A stretch of DNA of 64,000 nucleotides from Pirellulales bacterium. GTDB lineage: Bacteria > Planctomycetota > Planctomycetia > Pirellulales > JAEUIK01. Shown in pieces: positions 55,893 through 64,000 of this stretch (the stretch's first letter is position 1; each line of letters opens with the position of its first letter). The notes beneath the pieces were generated by a model. It was not told the DNA's origin and did no database searches. It saw only the letters and a list, made by a program, of their open reading frames with translations. The stretch covers positions 2,513-66,512 of the forward strand of contig JAIESQ010000030.1 in the NCBI GenBank assembly GCA_019745975.1. The letters run 5' to 3'. Both the position numbers and the translations under genes were made by a program.

Positions 55893-56855
55893 ATGGCCGA
55901 ACTCTTCGAATTTGAGTCGCGTCCGGTCGTTATCGGCGAATGCTATTCGCCAGAAAACGATGCAACCGTTTACCTCGGTGACCGATTAGAGTTGTTGAAG
56001 CAGCTACCCGACGGCTCGGCGGCGCTTGTCGTAACGTCACCGCCGTACAACATCGGCAAGTCTTACGAGCGCACGATCGCACTCGACGACTATGTATCGT
56101 CGCAGGCGGAGACAATCCGCGAGTGCGTGCGGACGCTGGCCGAGGACGGCAGCCTGTGCTGGCAGGTAGGCAACCACATCGCCAAAGACAGTGAGGTTGT
56201 CCCGCTCGACATGGTCCTCTACCCGATCTGCAAGTCGCTAGGCTTGAAAATGCGGAACCGCATCGTCTGGCATTTCGAGCACGGTTTGCATTGCACGAAG
56301 CGATTCTCGGGACGTTACGAAACGATTATCTGGTTCACCAAGTCAGATAACTACTACTTCGATCTGGACCCTGTGCGCGTCCCGCAAAAATACCCTGGCA
56401 AGCGCGAATATAAGGGACCCAACGTCGGCCAGCTTTCTGGCAATCCGCTCGGCAAGAATCCATCGGATGTCTGGATTCTGCCGAACGTCAAGAACAACCA
56501 CGTCGAAAAGACAATTCATCCCTGCCAGTTTCCAGTCGAACTGATCGAGCGGTTGGTGCTGTCGATGACCAGGCCGGGCGGCCTTGTTGTCGACCCCTAT
56601 ATGGGCGTCGGCAGCGCGCTGTGCGCTGCGCTGCGGCACGGTCGCCGAGGAGCAGGCGCCGACCTCGTACCTGAGTACGTGGCCGCGACGCGCGAGCGGA
56701 TCACCGCCGCCTTCGACGGCACACTTAAAACTCGGCCGCTCGGCAAACCTGTCTACGTGCCCGGACCCAATTGCAAGGTTGCCAAGAATCACTGGGAAAC
56801 TGCCGCCGACGAGGCTGGCGACAAGTCGGAATCGCAAGAGTCGACGCTTTTCTAG
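55893..56855 (+). CDS. Beta-class (probably N4-cytosine) DNA methyltransferase
   Basis: TSPPYN catalytic motif precedes VDPYMGVGS SAM-binding motif; HPCQFP. Confidence 0.9.
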   Translation: MAELFEFESRPVVIGECYSPENDATVYLGDRLELLKQLPDGSAALVVTSPPYNIGKSYERTIALDDYVSSQAETIRECVRTLAEDGSLCWQVGNHIAKDSEVVPLDMVLYPICKSLGLKMRNRIVWHFEHGLHCTKRFSGRYETIIWFTKSDNYYFDLDPVRVPQKYPGKREYKGPNVGQLSGNPLGKNPSDVWILPNVKNNHVEKTIHPCQFPVELIERLVLSMTRPGGLVVDPYMGVGSALCAALRHGRRGAGADLVPEYVAATRERITAAFDGTLKTRPLGKPVYVPGPNCKVAKNHWETAADEAGDKSESQESTLF

Positions 56856-57583
56856 CGAACGCGCTTTCTTGTTCTGCGCAACGGCTCTGTATACAAGCCC
56901 GCCGCTCCCTTCGGGCCAGGCAATGCGCCTTGACGACCGCGGGCAATTTCACCTGCCTGAAGCATCCGTTCTCGTTCCGTGGCGTCGGCGAATCTCCGGC
57001 GCTTCCTCGCACAAGCGCGTTGTTCTCTATCAGTGGGTCCGATACCGAGGATCAGCGTTGGAATGTCCACATCGGCCTCGCCTCGCGCTCCCATGTCCAT
57101 CACGATCTGACTGAAGGAGCTGACGCCGGTCGACATATCGCGCAGCATACTTTGAATTGCGACGATTTCTATTCCGCACTCAATCAGCCCCCGATTTGCG
57201 AATATCGGCATCTTGGAAAAGATGTCGTAGCCCATGAAGGCGTATTTGCCAAACTGAACTTCGAGTCCGACCTTGTTCTTGATTCCATCCATCTCGCGGA
57301 ACTCTCGCTGCCCCAAGTTGATGCGAGGCTCCCGAAAACCCTTCTTCGACTTCGGTGCCGGTTCCGTCCAACCCAGCTTCGTTAGGTAGCTCTTAATGGC
57401 CAAATTGAGCGACTCTGGATGAAAGATCAGCGGTGGCTTCGTCTTCTCCTTCGAGAGTTTTCGCAGGCAGGCGGCTGCACTCGTTGCTTCGACCGCTTTG
57501 TAGACTTCAGCGAGCTCCGCTCCGTGTCGCTGGCGGATGAAGGCCTCGCCACCCTTGTGCGAATAGACGTCTACGACTCTCAT
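56852..57583 (-). CDS. Type II restriction endonuclease, BglII/BstYI family
   Basis: YSHKGG N-terminus; EMDGIKNKVGLEVQFGKYAF (D...ExQ active site); convergent with the MTase. Confidence 0.82.
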   Translation of the reverse strand: MRVVDVYSHKGGEAFIRQRHGAELAEVYKAVEATSAAACLRKLSKEKTKPPLIFHPESLNLAIKSYLTKLGWTEPAPKSKKGFREPRINLGQREFREMDGIKNKVGLEVQFGKYAFMGYDIFSKMPIFANRGLIECGIEIVAIQSMLRDMSTGVSSFSQIVMDMGARGEADVDIPTLILGIGPTDREQRACARKRRRFADATERERMLQAGEIARGRQGALPGPKGAAGLYTEPLRRTRKRVR

Positions 57584-57819
57584 CGCTTCTCGGCGAGTTG
57601 TCGGAGAATTTCGTGCGGGTCGCTGCCTAACGCACGTGCAACATCCAGAAACTCGACCACGTCAAGTCGACGCTCGCCTCGTTCGTACTTGCTGACGAAC
57701 GTCTGCACGCGGCCCAACTTGTCGGCGAGCGCTGTCTGCGACAGCCCCTTGGCCCTGCGGGACTCAACGAGCAACTGGCAAAACCGCTGGTAGCGGCGCG
57801 TGTAGATGGAACCCGTCAT
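57580..57819 (-). CDS. XRE-family HTH protein, probable R-M controller (C protein)
   Basis: RRAKGLSQTALADKLG...VSKYERGERRLDVVEF; ATGA overlap with the REase start. Confidence 0.8.
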   Translation of the reverse strand: MTGSIYTRRYQRFCQLLVESRRAKGLSQTALADKLGRVQTFVSKYERGERRLDVVEFLDVARALGSDPHEILRQLAEKR

Positions 57820-57832
57820 GCGGGCGAGGATA

Positions 57833-57863
57833 AGCCCATTTTCGGCTTAGCCCAAAATGGGGT
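57833..57863 (-). promoter_or_regulatory. Tandem operator-like boxes upstream of the controller gene
   Basis: AGCCCATTTTCGGCT (57833-57847) and AGCCCAAAATGGGGT (57849-57863), two quasi-palindromic 15-mers just upstream of ATG 57819. Confidence 0.55.
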
Positions 57864-57919
57864 GGCAGATCGCCCCAGAACGGCGGCTCTACTTGCAGCA
57901 AAAGTTGCGGCCGCCGCCC

Positions 57920-59752
57920 CTACCGCTTGATCCCGTATTCGTCGATCTTGCGGTACAAGGTCGCGCGGCCGATGCCCAAGAGTTTGGCCGCCTCGGGTAT
58001 GTTGCCCGACGTGCGCCCCAGCGCCTCGACGATCAGCTTCTGTTCCCAAACGTCGATCCGCAACGTATCGAGCTGCGCCGCGCCGCTGTCGCGCAGTCCC
58101 AGGTCGCCCGGTTCGATGCGGTTGCCGGCCGCCAGCACCACGGCGCTGTCGATCACGTTGCGCAACTGCCGCACGTTCCCCGGCCAGTTGTAGGCCAACA
58201 GCCGCTCGCGAGCTTCGCTCGACAGGGCCAGATTCGGCCGGCCATGTTGCGCGCAGAAGTGCTCCAGAAAGAAGTCGAGCAGCAGGCCGATATCGCCTCC
58301 GCGCTCGCGCAAGGGGGGCACGTGCAGCTCGAACACGCTCAGCCGATAGTACAAGTCTTCGCGGAATTTCTTCTCGCGCACGTATGTGCCTAAATCCTGG
58401 TTCGTGGCGGCGATCACTCGCACGTCGACTTGAATCATCTCGGTGCCGCCGACGGGCAGAAACGGATGCCCTTCGAGAATTCGCAGCAGCTTAGCCTGCC
58501 CGGCCAGCGTCATTTCGCCGACTTCGTCGAGAAACAGCGTTCCGAGGTCGGCCTGCTCGAACACACCGGCGTGATCGCGCTCGGCGCCGGTGAAGGCCCC
58601 CGCCCGATGGCCGAACAATTGGCTCTCCATCAGCGTCTCGGGAATGGCAGCGCAATTGACCGACAACAAAGGCCGGTCGGCCCGCGTGCTCGTGCGGTGC
58701 AGCGCCCGGGCGACGAGCTCCTTGCCCGAGCCGCTCTCGCCGCGCACCAGCACCGATCCGGTCGTGCGCCCCAGCCGGGCGATCTTCTGCTTCAGTTCGA
58801 GCATCGGCGGGCTCTCGCCGATTAGCTCGTCGAACCCGCCCGATTTCTGCTTCAAACGCTGGTAGTCGACCTGCAAACTTTGCTCCTGGCGCGCGCGAGC
58901 CAGCGCCACGGCGGCGATATTCGATAGCGAGATCGCAAAATCGAACTGCGCCTGGCGAAAGCGGCCACTGGCCAGGTAGACATGGATCGCGCCGAGCACG
59001 TGTCCCCCATGCACCAGCGGCACGCACACCGCGTCGGCGAAGTGCTCGGGCTTGTCGCCTTGCTTGAGCGATCGCTGGTTGGCAACCCACACGGCCCGCT
59101 CTTCGGCCAGCACCACTTGCGTGAGCGACTCGCTCAAGGGGACGCGATCGGCCATGTGCTCCGGCAACACAACATGCGGCCGCAACTGGTTGTCGTCGCT
59201 GACCCACAGAAAGCCCACCATCGAGGCGGCCAGGTGATCGCGCAACAGGTCGAGGGCGATGCGAATCACATCGTGCGGCGACGTGCAGCCCAGCAGCTTG
59301 ATGCTCAACTGATAGAGCAACAGCAAGTCTTGCGCGCGCTCGTTGTCGCGCACGGCTGCCAGCACAAGGGCGCCGGTATCGCCCATCCCCACGCGCACGT
59401 CGCGGACCACGGTCTGAGATACTTCGGGATGATCCTCCTCGTCGTCCGACGGAGGATTGAGGCTCTGGTGAAAGGCGAACTCGGTTTGGCCGACGCGGAT
59501 GACATGCCCCTCGGCCAGTGCGGCATCGTCGATTTTCTGGCCGTTGACGAACGTGCCGTTGCGGCTATCACCGTCGCAGATTCGCCAGACTTCGTCTTCG
59601 CAAACGACCACGGCATGTACGCGCGAGCAAAGGGGATCGGTTAGCACCACCCGGTTGTCGGTGCCGCGACCAATGCGATTGGTCCGATGGGCATCGAGCA
59701 CATAGTGCTTGCCGGCTCGCGGACCGATCGTCATCGTCAGGTAGGTGTACAC
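57920..59752 (-). CDS. sigma54-dependent activator with FHA, GAF, AAA+ and Fis-type HTH domains
   Basis: IGRGTDN...CSRVHA (FHA), GESGSGKE, GAFTGA, LFLDEVGE, WPGNVRQL, LGIGRATLYRK; the track 5' extension to 60250 overlaps the chelatase and is rejected. Confidence 0.9.
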   Translation of the reverse strand: MYTYLTMTIGPRAGKHYVLDAHRTNRIGRGTDNRVVLTDPLCSRVHAVVVCEDEVWRICDGDSRNGTFVNGQKIDDAALAEGHVIRVGQTEFAFHQSLNPPSDDEEDHPEVSQTVVRDVRVGMGDTGALVLAAVRDNERAQDLLLLYQLSIKLLGCTSPHDVIRIALDLLRDHLAASMVGFLWVSDDNQLRPHVVLPEHMADRVPLSESLTQVVLAEERAVWVANQRSLKQGDKPEHFADAVCVPLVHGGHVLGAIHVYLASGRFRQAQFDFAISLSNIAAVALARARQEQSLQVDYQRLKQKSGGFDELIGESPPMLELKQKIARLGRTTGSVLVRGESGSGKELVARALHRTSTRADRPLLSVNCAAIPETLMESQLFGHRAGAFTGAERDHAGVFEQADLGTLFLDEVGEMTLAGQAKLLRILEGHPFLPVGGTEMIQVDVRVIAATNQDLGTYVREKKFREDLYYRLSVFELHVPPLRERGGDIGLLLDFFLEHFCAQHGRPNLALSSEARERLLAYNWPGNVRQLRNVIDSAVVLAAGNRIEPGDLGLRDSGAAQLDTLRIDVWEQKLIVEALGRTSGNIPEAAKLLGIGRATLYRKIDEYGIKR

Positions 59753-59899
59753 CGGCGTTTGGCTATGCGAATAATGCGCTACCGTGGCGCTATGGGGGTG
59801 CGCTGCCGCGGGACCGTAAATATCAAATGTTCTGCAGCCAGTAGTATAGCAGTCGTCCGGGTGTTCGCTTCGTGGTGAATAATGCGAGAACGCCAGAGC

Positions 59900-60694
59900 A
59901 TGGCAGCTTCCATCTCGGATACGCATGCACCCGCCGGCGATGCAATTCTGGTTATTGGGCACGGCACGCGCGAGCCGCAGGGAATCGCTCAGCTTCACCA
60001 GTTCGTCGATCAATTGCGCGACGCCCTGGCACCCCGGCTGGTTGCGCCGGCATTCCTCGAATTCGCGCAGCCGACCATTCCCGAGGCGATTGATACCCTG
60101 ACCGGCGCTGGCGCCACGCGCGTTGTCGCCGCGCCCCTTCTGCTGTTCGCGGCGGGGCACGCCCTGCGGGATATTCCCGAGCTGTTGGCCGACGCCGAGC
60201 GGACCCATTCGCGGATCGAGTTTCGTCAGGCGCGGTGCCTCGAATGCCATCCGGCGGTTGTCGAACTTTCGGCCTTGCGATATCGCGAAGCGCTCGCCGC
60301 CGCTGATCGCTCTGGCGCAGACGACCGCGACACGCTGCTCTTGTTCGTGGGGCGCGGCAGTCGCGAGCCGGAGGCCAACGCCGAGATGTTTCGGTTCGCC
60401 CGGCTACGGTTCGAGGCCACGCCCGTCGCCTGGCTCGAAGTCTGCTTCACGGCCTTGGCCGAGCCGTCGCTCGAGCGGGGCCTGGAGATCGCCGCCGCGC
60501 TGCCTTTTGGCCGCGTTGTCGTGCAACCCCATCTCTTGTTCGATGGCCAGTTACGGCAACGGATCGAACACGGGGTCGCCGCCACTCGTCGCAGTTGCCC
60601 CCAAAAGGAATGGATCGTCACCGAGATCCTGGGACCGCACCGCTTGCTGCTGGAGGCCGTTAGAGAACTTGCCGCCACCGCTGCCAGCCGATAG
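59900..60694 (+). CDS. Sirohydrochlorin chelatase (two-domain CbiX/SirB-like)
   Basis: IGHGTR, AFLEFAQP, PLLLFAAGH, VGRGS, QPHLLFDG. Confidence 0.85.
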   Translation: MAASISDTHAPAGDAILVIGHGTREPQGIAQLHQFVDQLRDALAPRLVAPAFLEFAQPTIPEAIDTLTGAGATRVVAAPLLLFAAGHALRDIPELLADAERTHSRIEFRQARCLECHPAVVELSALRYREALAAADRSGADDRDTLLLFVGRGSREPEANAEMFRFARLRFEATPVAWLEVCFTALAEPSLERGLEIAAALPFGRVVVQPHLLFDGQLRQRIEHGVAATRRSCPQKEWIVTEILGPHRLLLEAVRELAATAASR

Positions 60695-60991
60695 GGTTCA
60701 ACTGGTGATGCTGGCGTCAGGCTTGGCCCAGAGTTCCCACACTGCGATTGAACGGGATGGAATCGTCAACGAACCGCTTGAACTTGGGAACAGTTTGCGG
60801 TTCGCTGCGTAACGAAATGTCGATGAGAACGAGCGGTCTTAAACGCGTGTCCCGGCAGGCAAACTGAGGCGACCGTGGACGGCGCTTGACCTTGATTTTG
60901 GCAAACTTTGCGGATAACATGCGGTAACTTGTTGCGATTTAGGGACTTAGTGATTCTTCACCCGTCATTTTCTTGCTGGCGAGGGATTGGC

Positions 60992-63094
60992 ATGCGTCAT
61001 CCGAAGAACTGTCCGGTTCGGCAGCGGCTAATTGGGGCGCTCGTTCTTGTGGGAGCGCTGGGCTTTGTCGCGACGGTCACCTGGGCCGAGGCGCCCGCCC
61101 CGCCAGCAACAATTTCGGTGGAGGCGCCCCCCGTCCCGCTGCAGCCGACCGCCGAGGATCGGGCGATCACGCGCGCCGTCGTGCAGCTCTTGCGGCGCGG
61201 TCATCTCTCGGGCCACCCGCTGGACGACGAAATCGCCTCGCGCACCCTGGAGACTTTTCTCAAGTCGCTCGACGCCATGAAGGGCTACTTCTATCAGGCC
61301 GATATCGACACCTTCGAGGCCCAGAAGGCTGAGATCGACGACAAAGCCCGCGATGGCGATACCACGTTTGCCTACGACATCTTCAACGTGCTGATCCAGC
61401 GCGTCGATGAGCGGCTCAAAGTGATCGACGAGATGCTCGCGCAGCAGCCGGACTTCAATATCGAAGAAGAGATCATTCGCGACCCCGACGCGCTCACCTG
61501 GCCGGTGAACGCCGCCGAAGCCCGCGAGCGCTGGCGCAAGCGCATCAAATACGATCTGCTGGTGCTCAAGGCCGAAGGCAAGGTGGGGGAAGAAGCCCGC
61601 GCCAAGCTCACCAAGCGCTACCACGGTTTCGCCAAGCGCCTGCGCCAGACCGACGCCGACGAACTGCTGGAGATGTACCTGACCGCCCTGACGACCAGCT
61701 ACGATCCGCACACTTCGTACATGTCGAAGGAGACCCTGGAGAATTTCCAGATCTTGATGCGCTTGAATCTCGAAGGGATCGGCGCGGCGCTACAGTCGAG
61801 CGACGGTGAAACGACCGTGAGCAAGGTCATACCGGGCGGAGCGGCCGACAAGGATGGACGGCTCAAGCCCGAGGATCGCATCATCGGCGTCGGCCAGGGG
61901 GAAAACGGCGAGATCGTCGATGTCGTGGAGCGCAAGCTATCCGACGTGGTCGAGCTGGTCCGCGGCAAGGCCGGCACGATCGTCAGGTTGCAGGTCATCC
62001 CGGCGGGGCAGACCGTCCCCGTGGTCTATGACCTGACGCGCGCTCAGATCGAGCTCAAGGATAGCGAAGCCCGCGCCGAGGTGGTCGACCTGCCCGCCGC
62101 CAATGGTCGCCCGCTGCGCGTCGGCGTGATCGATCTGCCGAGCTTTTACATGGACATGGACGCGGCCCAGCAGCGTCGCACCGATTACAAGAGCACGACC
62201 CGCGACGTGCAGAAGATTCTCGATGGCTTCAAGCAACAACACGTCGACGCCGTGATCATGGATCTGCGCCGCAATGGCGGCGGCTCGCTCACCGAAGCCA
62301 TCAGCCTCACCGGCCTGTTCATCGATCAGGGCCCGGTGGTGCAGGTCAAAGGGGCCGACGGTGAAGTGCTGCAGCACGACGACACCGAGCGCGGCATGGC
62401 CTGGGATGGTCCGCTGGTGGTGCTCACCAGCAAGGGGAGCGCCAGTGCCAGCGAGATCTTCGCCGGCGCCATTCAAGATTACGGCCGCGGGCTCGTCGTT
62501 GGCGATCATTCGACTCACGGCAAAGGGACGGTGCAAACCCTGCGCGATCTGGGGCGCGAGTTGTTCTTCGGTCCCAACGCGCCGACGCTCGGGGCCCTGA
62601 AGATCACGATGCAGAAGTTCTATCGCCCCAACGGTGAAAGCACGCAGAAGCGCGGCGTCGTGGCCGATATCGAGTTGCCCTCGCTCACCGATCACTTGCC
62701 GATTGGCGAAGCCGACCTCGATTACGCGATGGACTTCGACCGCGTGCCCGCGGCCCCGTTCCGCAAGGTCAACCTGGTCGACCAGACAATGGTCAACAGC
62801 CTGCGCGACTTGTCGAAGCAGCGCATCGCGCAATCGAGCGAGTTCCAGAAGGAAGAGCAGAACATTTCCAAGTACGAAGAGCGCAAGAACCGCAAGACGC
62901 TCACGCTCAAGGAAGACAAGTTCTTGGCTGAGCGTGCCGAGCTCGACGCCGAGAAGGAAGAAGAAAAGAAGCTCGACGAAGAAAACGGCGGCGCCACCCG
63001 GCCCGTCGTCGATCCCAAGGACTATCACCTCAAAGAGGCGATGGCCATCACGGCCGATTACCTGCGGCTGGTGCGCGTCGTACAGGCCAACTAG
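60992..63094 (+). CDS. prc: Carboxy-terminal processing (tail-specific, S41) protease
   Basis: YDPHTSY, LEGIGA, PDZ, DLRRNGGGSL, SASASEIFAGAIQDY, GKGTVQ; signal peptide. Confidence 0.9.
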   Translation: MRHPKNCPVRQRLIGALVLVGALGFVATVTWAEAPAPPATISVEAPPVPLQPTAEDRAITRAVVQLLRRGHLSGHPLDDEIASRTLETFLKSLDAMKGYFYQADIDTFEAQKAEIDDKARDGDTTFAYDIFNVLIQRVDERLKVIDEMLAQQPDFNIEEEIIRDPDALTWPVNAAEARERWRKRIKYDLLVLKAEGKVGEEARAKLTKRYHGFAKRLRQTDADELLEMYLTALTTSYDPHTSYMSKETLENFQILMRLNLEGIGAALQSSDGETTVSKVIPGGAADKDGRLKPEDRIIGVGQGENGEIVDVVERKLSDVVELVRGKAGTIVRLQVIPAGQTVPVVYDLTRAQIELKDSEARAEVVDLPAANGRPLRVGVIDLPSFYMDMDAAQQRRTDYKSTTRDVQKILDGFKQQHVDAVIMDLRRNGGGSLTEAISLTGLFIDQGPVVQVKGADGEVLQHDDTERGMAWDGPLVVLTSKGSASASEIFAGAIQDYGRGLVVGDHSTHGKGTVQTLRDLGRELFFGPNAPTLGALKITMQKFYRPNGESTQKRGVVADIELPSLTDHLPIGEADLDYAMDFDRVPAAPFRKVNLVDQTMVNSLRDLSKQRIAQSSEFQKEEQNISKYEERKNRKTLTLKEDKFLAERAELDAEKEEEKKLDEENGGATRPVVDPKDYHLKEAMAITADYLRLVRVVQAN

Positions 63095-63109
63095 CTGACA
63101 GCCGGCGAG

Positions 63110-63646
63110 CTACGAAGGCTTCCGCCGCCCAAGCACTTCCAGCCGATAGCCGGTGACTTCGATGCCGCGCGCTTCGAGCCGCCGCGCCAGATCGGGGTCG
63201 AGCTTGGCCAGCAACTGCGAGTCGAACTGCGTCGGCAGGTCTTCGACCGCGCCCGTTTCAACGTCGCGCAAGTGATAGTGGGCATCTTCCCGGCAGTCGT
63301 AACGGGCTGAGCCGTCGCCGTAGGTCAGCTTGTTGGCCAGGCCGGCCTGTTCGAGCGCTTCGAGCGCCTTATAGACCGTTGCCAGACTGATCCGCGGGAC
63401 GCGCGCCCGCACGGCCTGATAAACCTCTTCAGCCGATGGATGCGACTCCACGCTGCGCAAGTACCCGTACACGGCGCCGCGCTGGGCAGTGTAGCGGCAC
63501 CCTCGGGCTTCAAGAACGCGCCGCCAGTGGCGCTCGCCCAGCGGGCCAGGTGAAACTGCCATCAGGGCGTGGTTGTCGTGGGGGTGAACCGCGCCTGCCG
63601 CGTCGCTCAACTGTTCCGAAGTGTTGTCGCGCATTGGAGTTGCCAT
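63110..63646 (-). CDS. Fur-family (PerR-like) transcriptional repressor
   Basis: YTAQRGAV, HPSAEEVY, ISLATVYKAL, RYD, HYH; start uncertain. Confidence 0.85.
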   Translation of the reverse strand: MATPMRDNTSEQLSDAAGAVHPHDNHALMAVSPGPLGERHWRRVLEARGCRYTAQRGAVYGYLRSVESHPSAEEVYQAVRARVPRISLATVYKALEALEQAGLANKLTYGDGSARYDCREDAHYHLRDVETGAVEDLPTQFDSQLLAKLDPDLARRLEARGIEVTGYRLEVLGRRKPS

Positions 63647-63884
63647 CCACTGGCACTATAGCGCTGTGGTACATAGGGGTCAAGCGCGCCGACCCTGCAA
63701 CAACGGTTGCGCGGGATTGGTCCGCGTGTTGACCGGCCGCTTTTCGGGCACCTATAATCCGTCGCTCATCGACAGCCGCCCCGCTGCTTCTGGCGATGCG
63801 TTCTCTCCGCCGTGGTGACGCGCCGCGTGCCGCCTTGCCCATTCTCATTCGTCCCTCCTTTGACTCCACCGAGCTGGCAAACGC

Positions 63885-64000
63885 ATGAAGATTCACGAAT
63901 TTCAGGCTAAGGAACTCCTGCGGTCGGCCGGCGTGCCAGTGCCCAAAAGCATCGTCGCGCGAACGCCCGAGGAGGCCGCCGCTGCGTTCCAAGAGTTGGG
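63885..64000 (+). CDS. sucC: Succinyl-CoA ligase beta subunit (5' part, runs off the window)
   Basis: [21 protein letters not shown]-terminus read manually; absent from the ORF track. Confidence 0.9.
   Translation, partial: MKIHEFQAKELLRSAGVPVPKSIVARTPEEAAAAFQEL

Noticed and set aside
59753-60250. N-terminal extension of the sigma54 regulator ORF
   Set aside because: Antisense to the chelatase gene; the FHA domain starts just after 59752
1-64000. CRISPR array, rRNA, tRNA, prophage or integrase
   Set aside because: No regularly spaced direct repeats, cas genes, tRNA T-arm/CCA patterns or phage genes seen by manual reading

Overview
GC-rich bacterial chromosome segment, most likely a planctomycete (inferred from the PEP-CTERM, DUF11, DUF1207 and DUF1570-like proteins, 'FSLRTLL'-type membrane proteins, an FHA-GAF-sigma54 regulator and the palindromic repeat types). 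The backbone is housekeeping: rpmA-obgE-coaX-mnmE-like, degP, rnc, ftsK, cimA-valS, beta-carbonic anhydrase plus SulP, folK-panC, a CbiX-like chelatase, a tail-specific protease, a Fur/PerR regulator and the start of sucC. Accessory or unusual elements: (1) a 682-nt ORF-less group II intron (10978-11659) whose EBS1/EBS2 pair with the 5' exon of a lactate-racemase-domain gene that has lost its 3' part; (2) a promoter/Val-Ile-rich leader peptide/terminator arrangement upstream of cimA, i.e. a ribosome-mediated attenuator not in the ORF track; (3) a ~135-bp MITE-like family, one copy sitting in frame in the signal-peptide region of a GH2 gene; (4) an exported 9x Cys-Cys repeat protein preceded by a Cys-rich putative leader ORF; (5) a BglII/BstYI-type restriction-modification cassette with a controller gene and tandem operator-like boxes; (6) a ParDE-like toxin-antitoxin pair, a CPCC-family pseudogene and two candidate structured leader RNAs. 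I saw no rRNA, tRNA or CRISPR array. All family calls come from motif recognition by eye; no database searches or folding programs were run.
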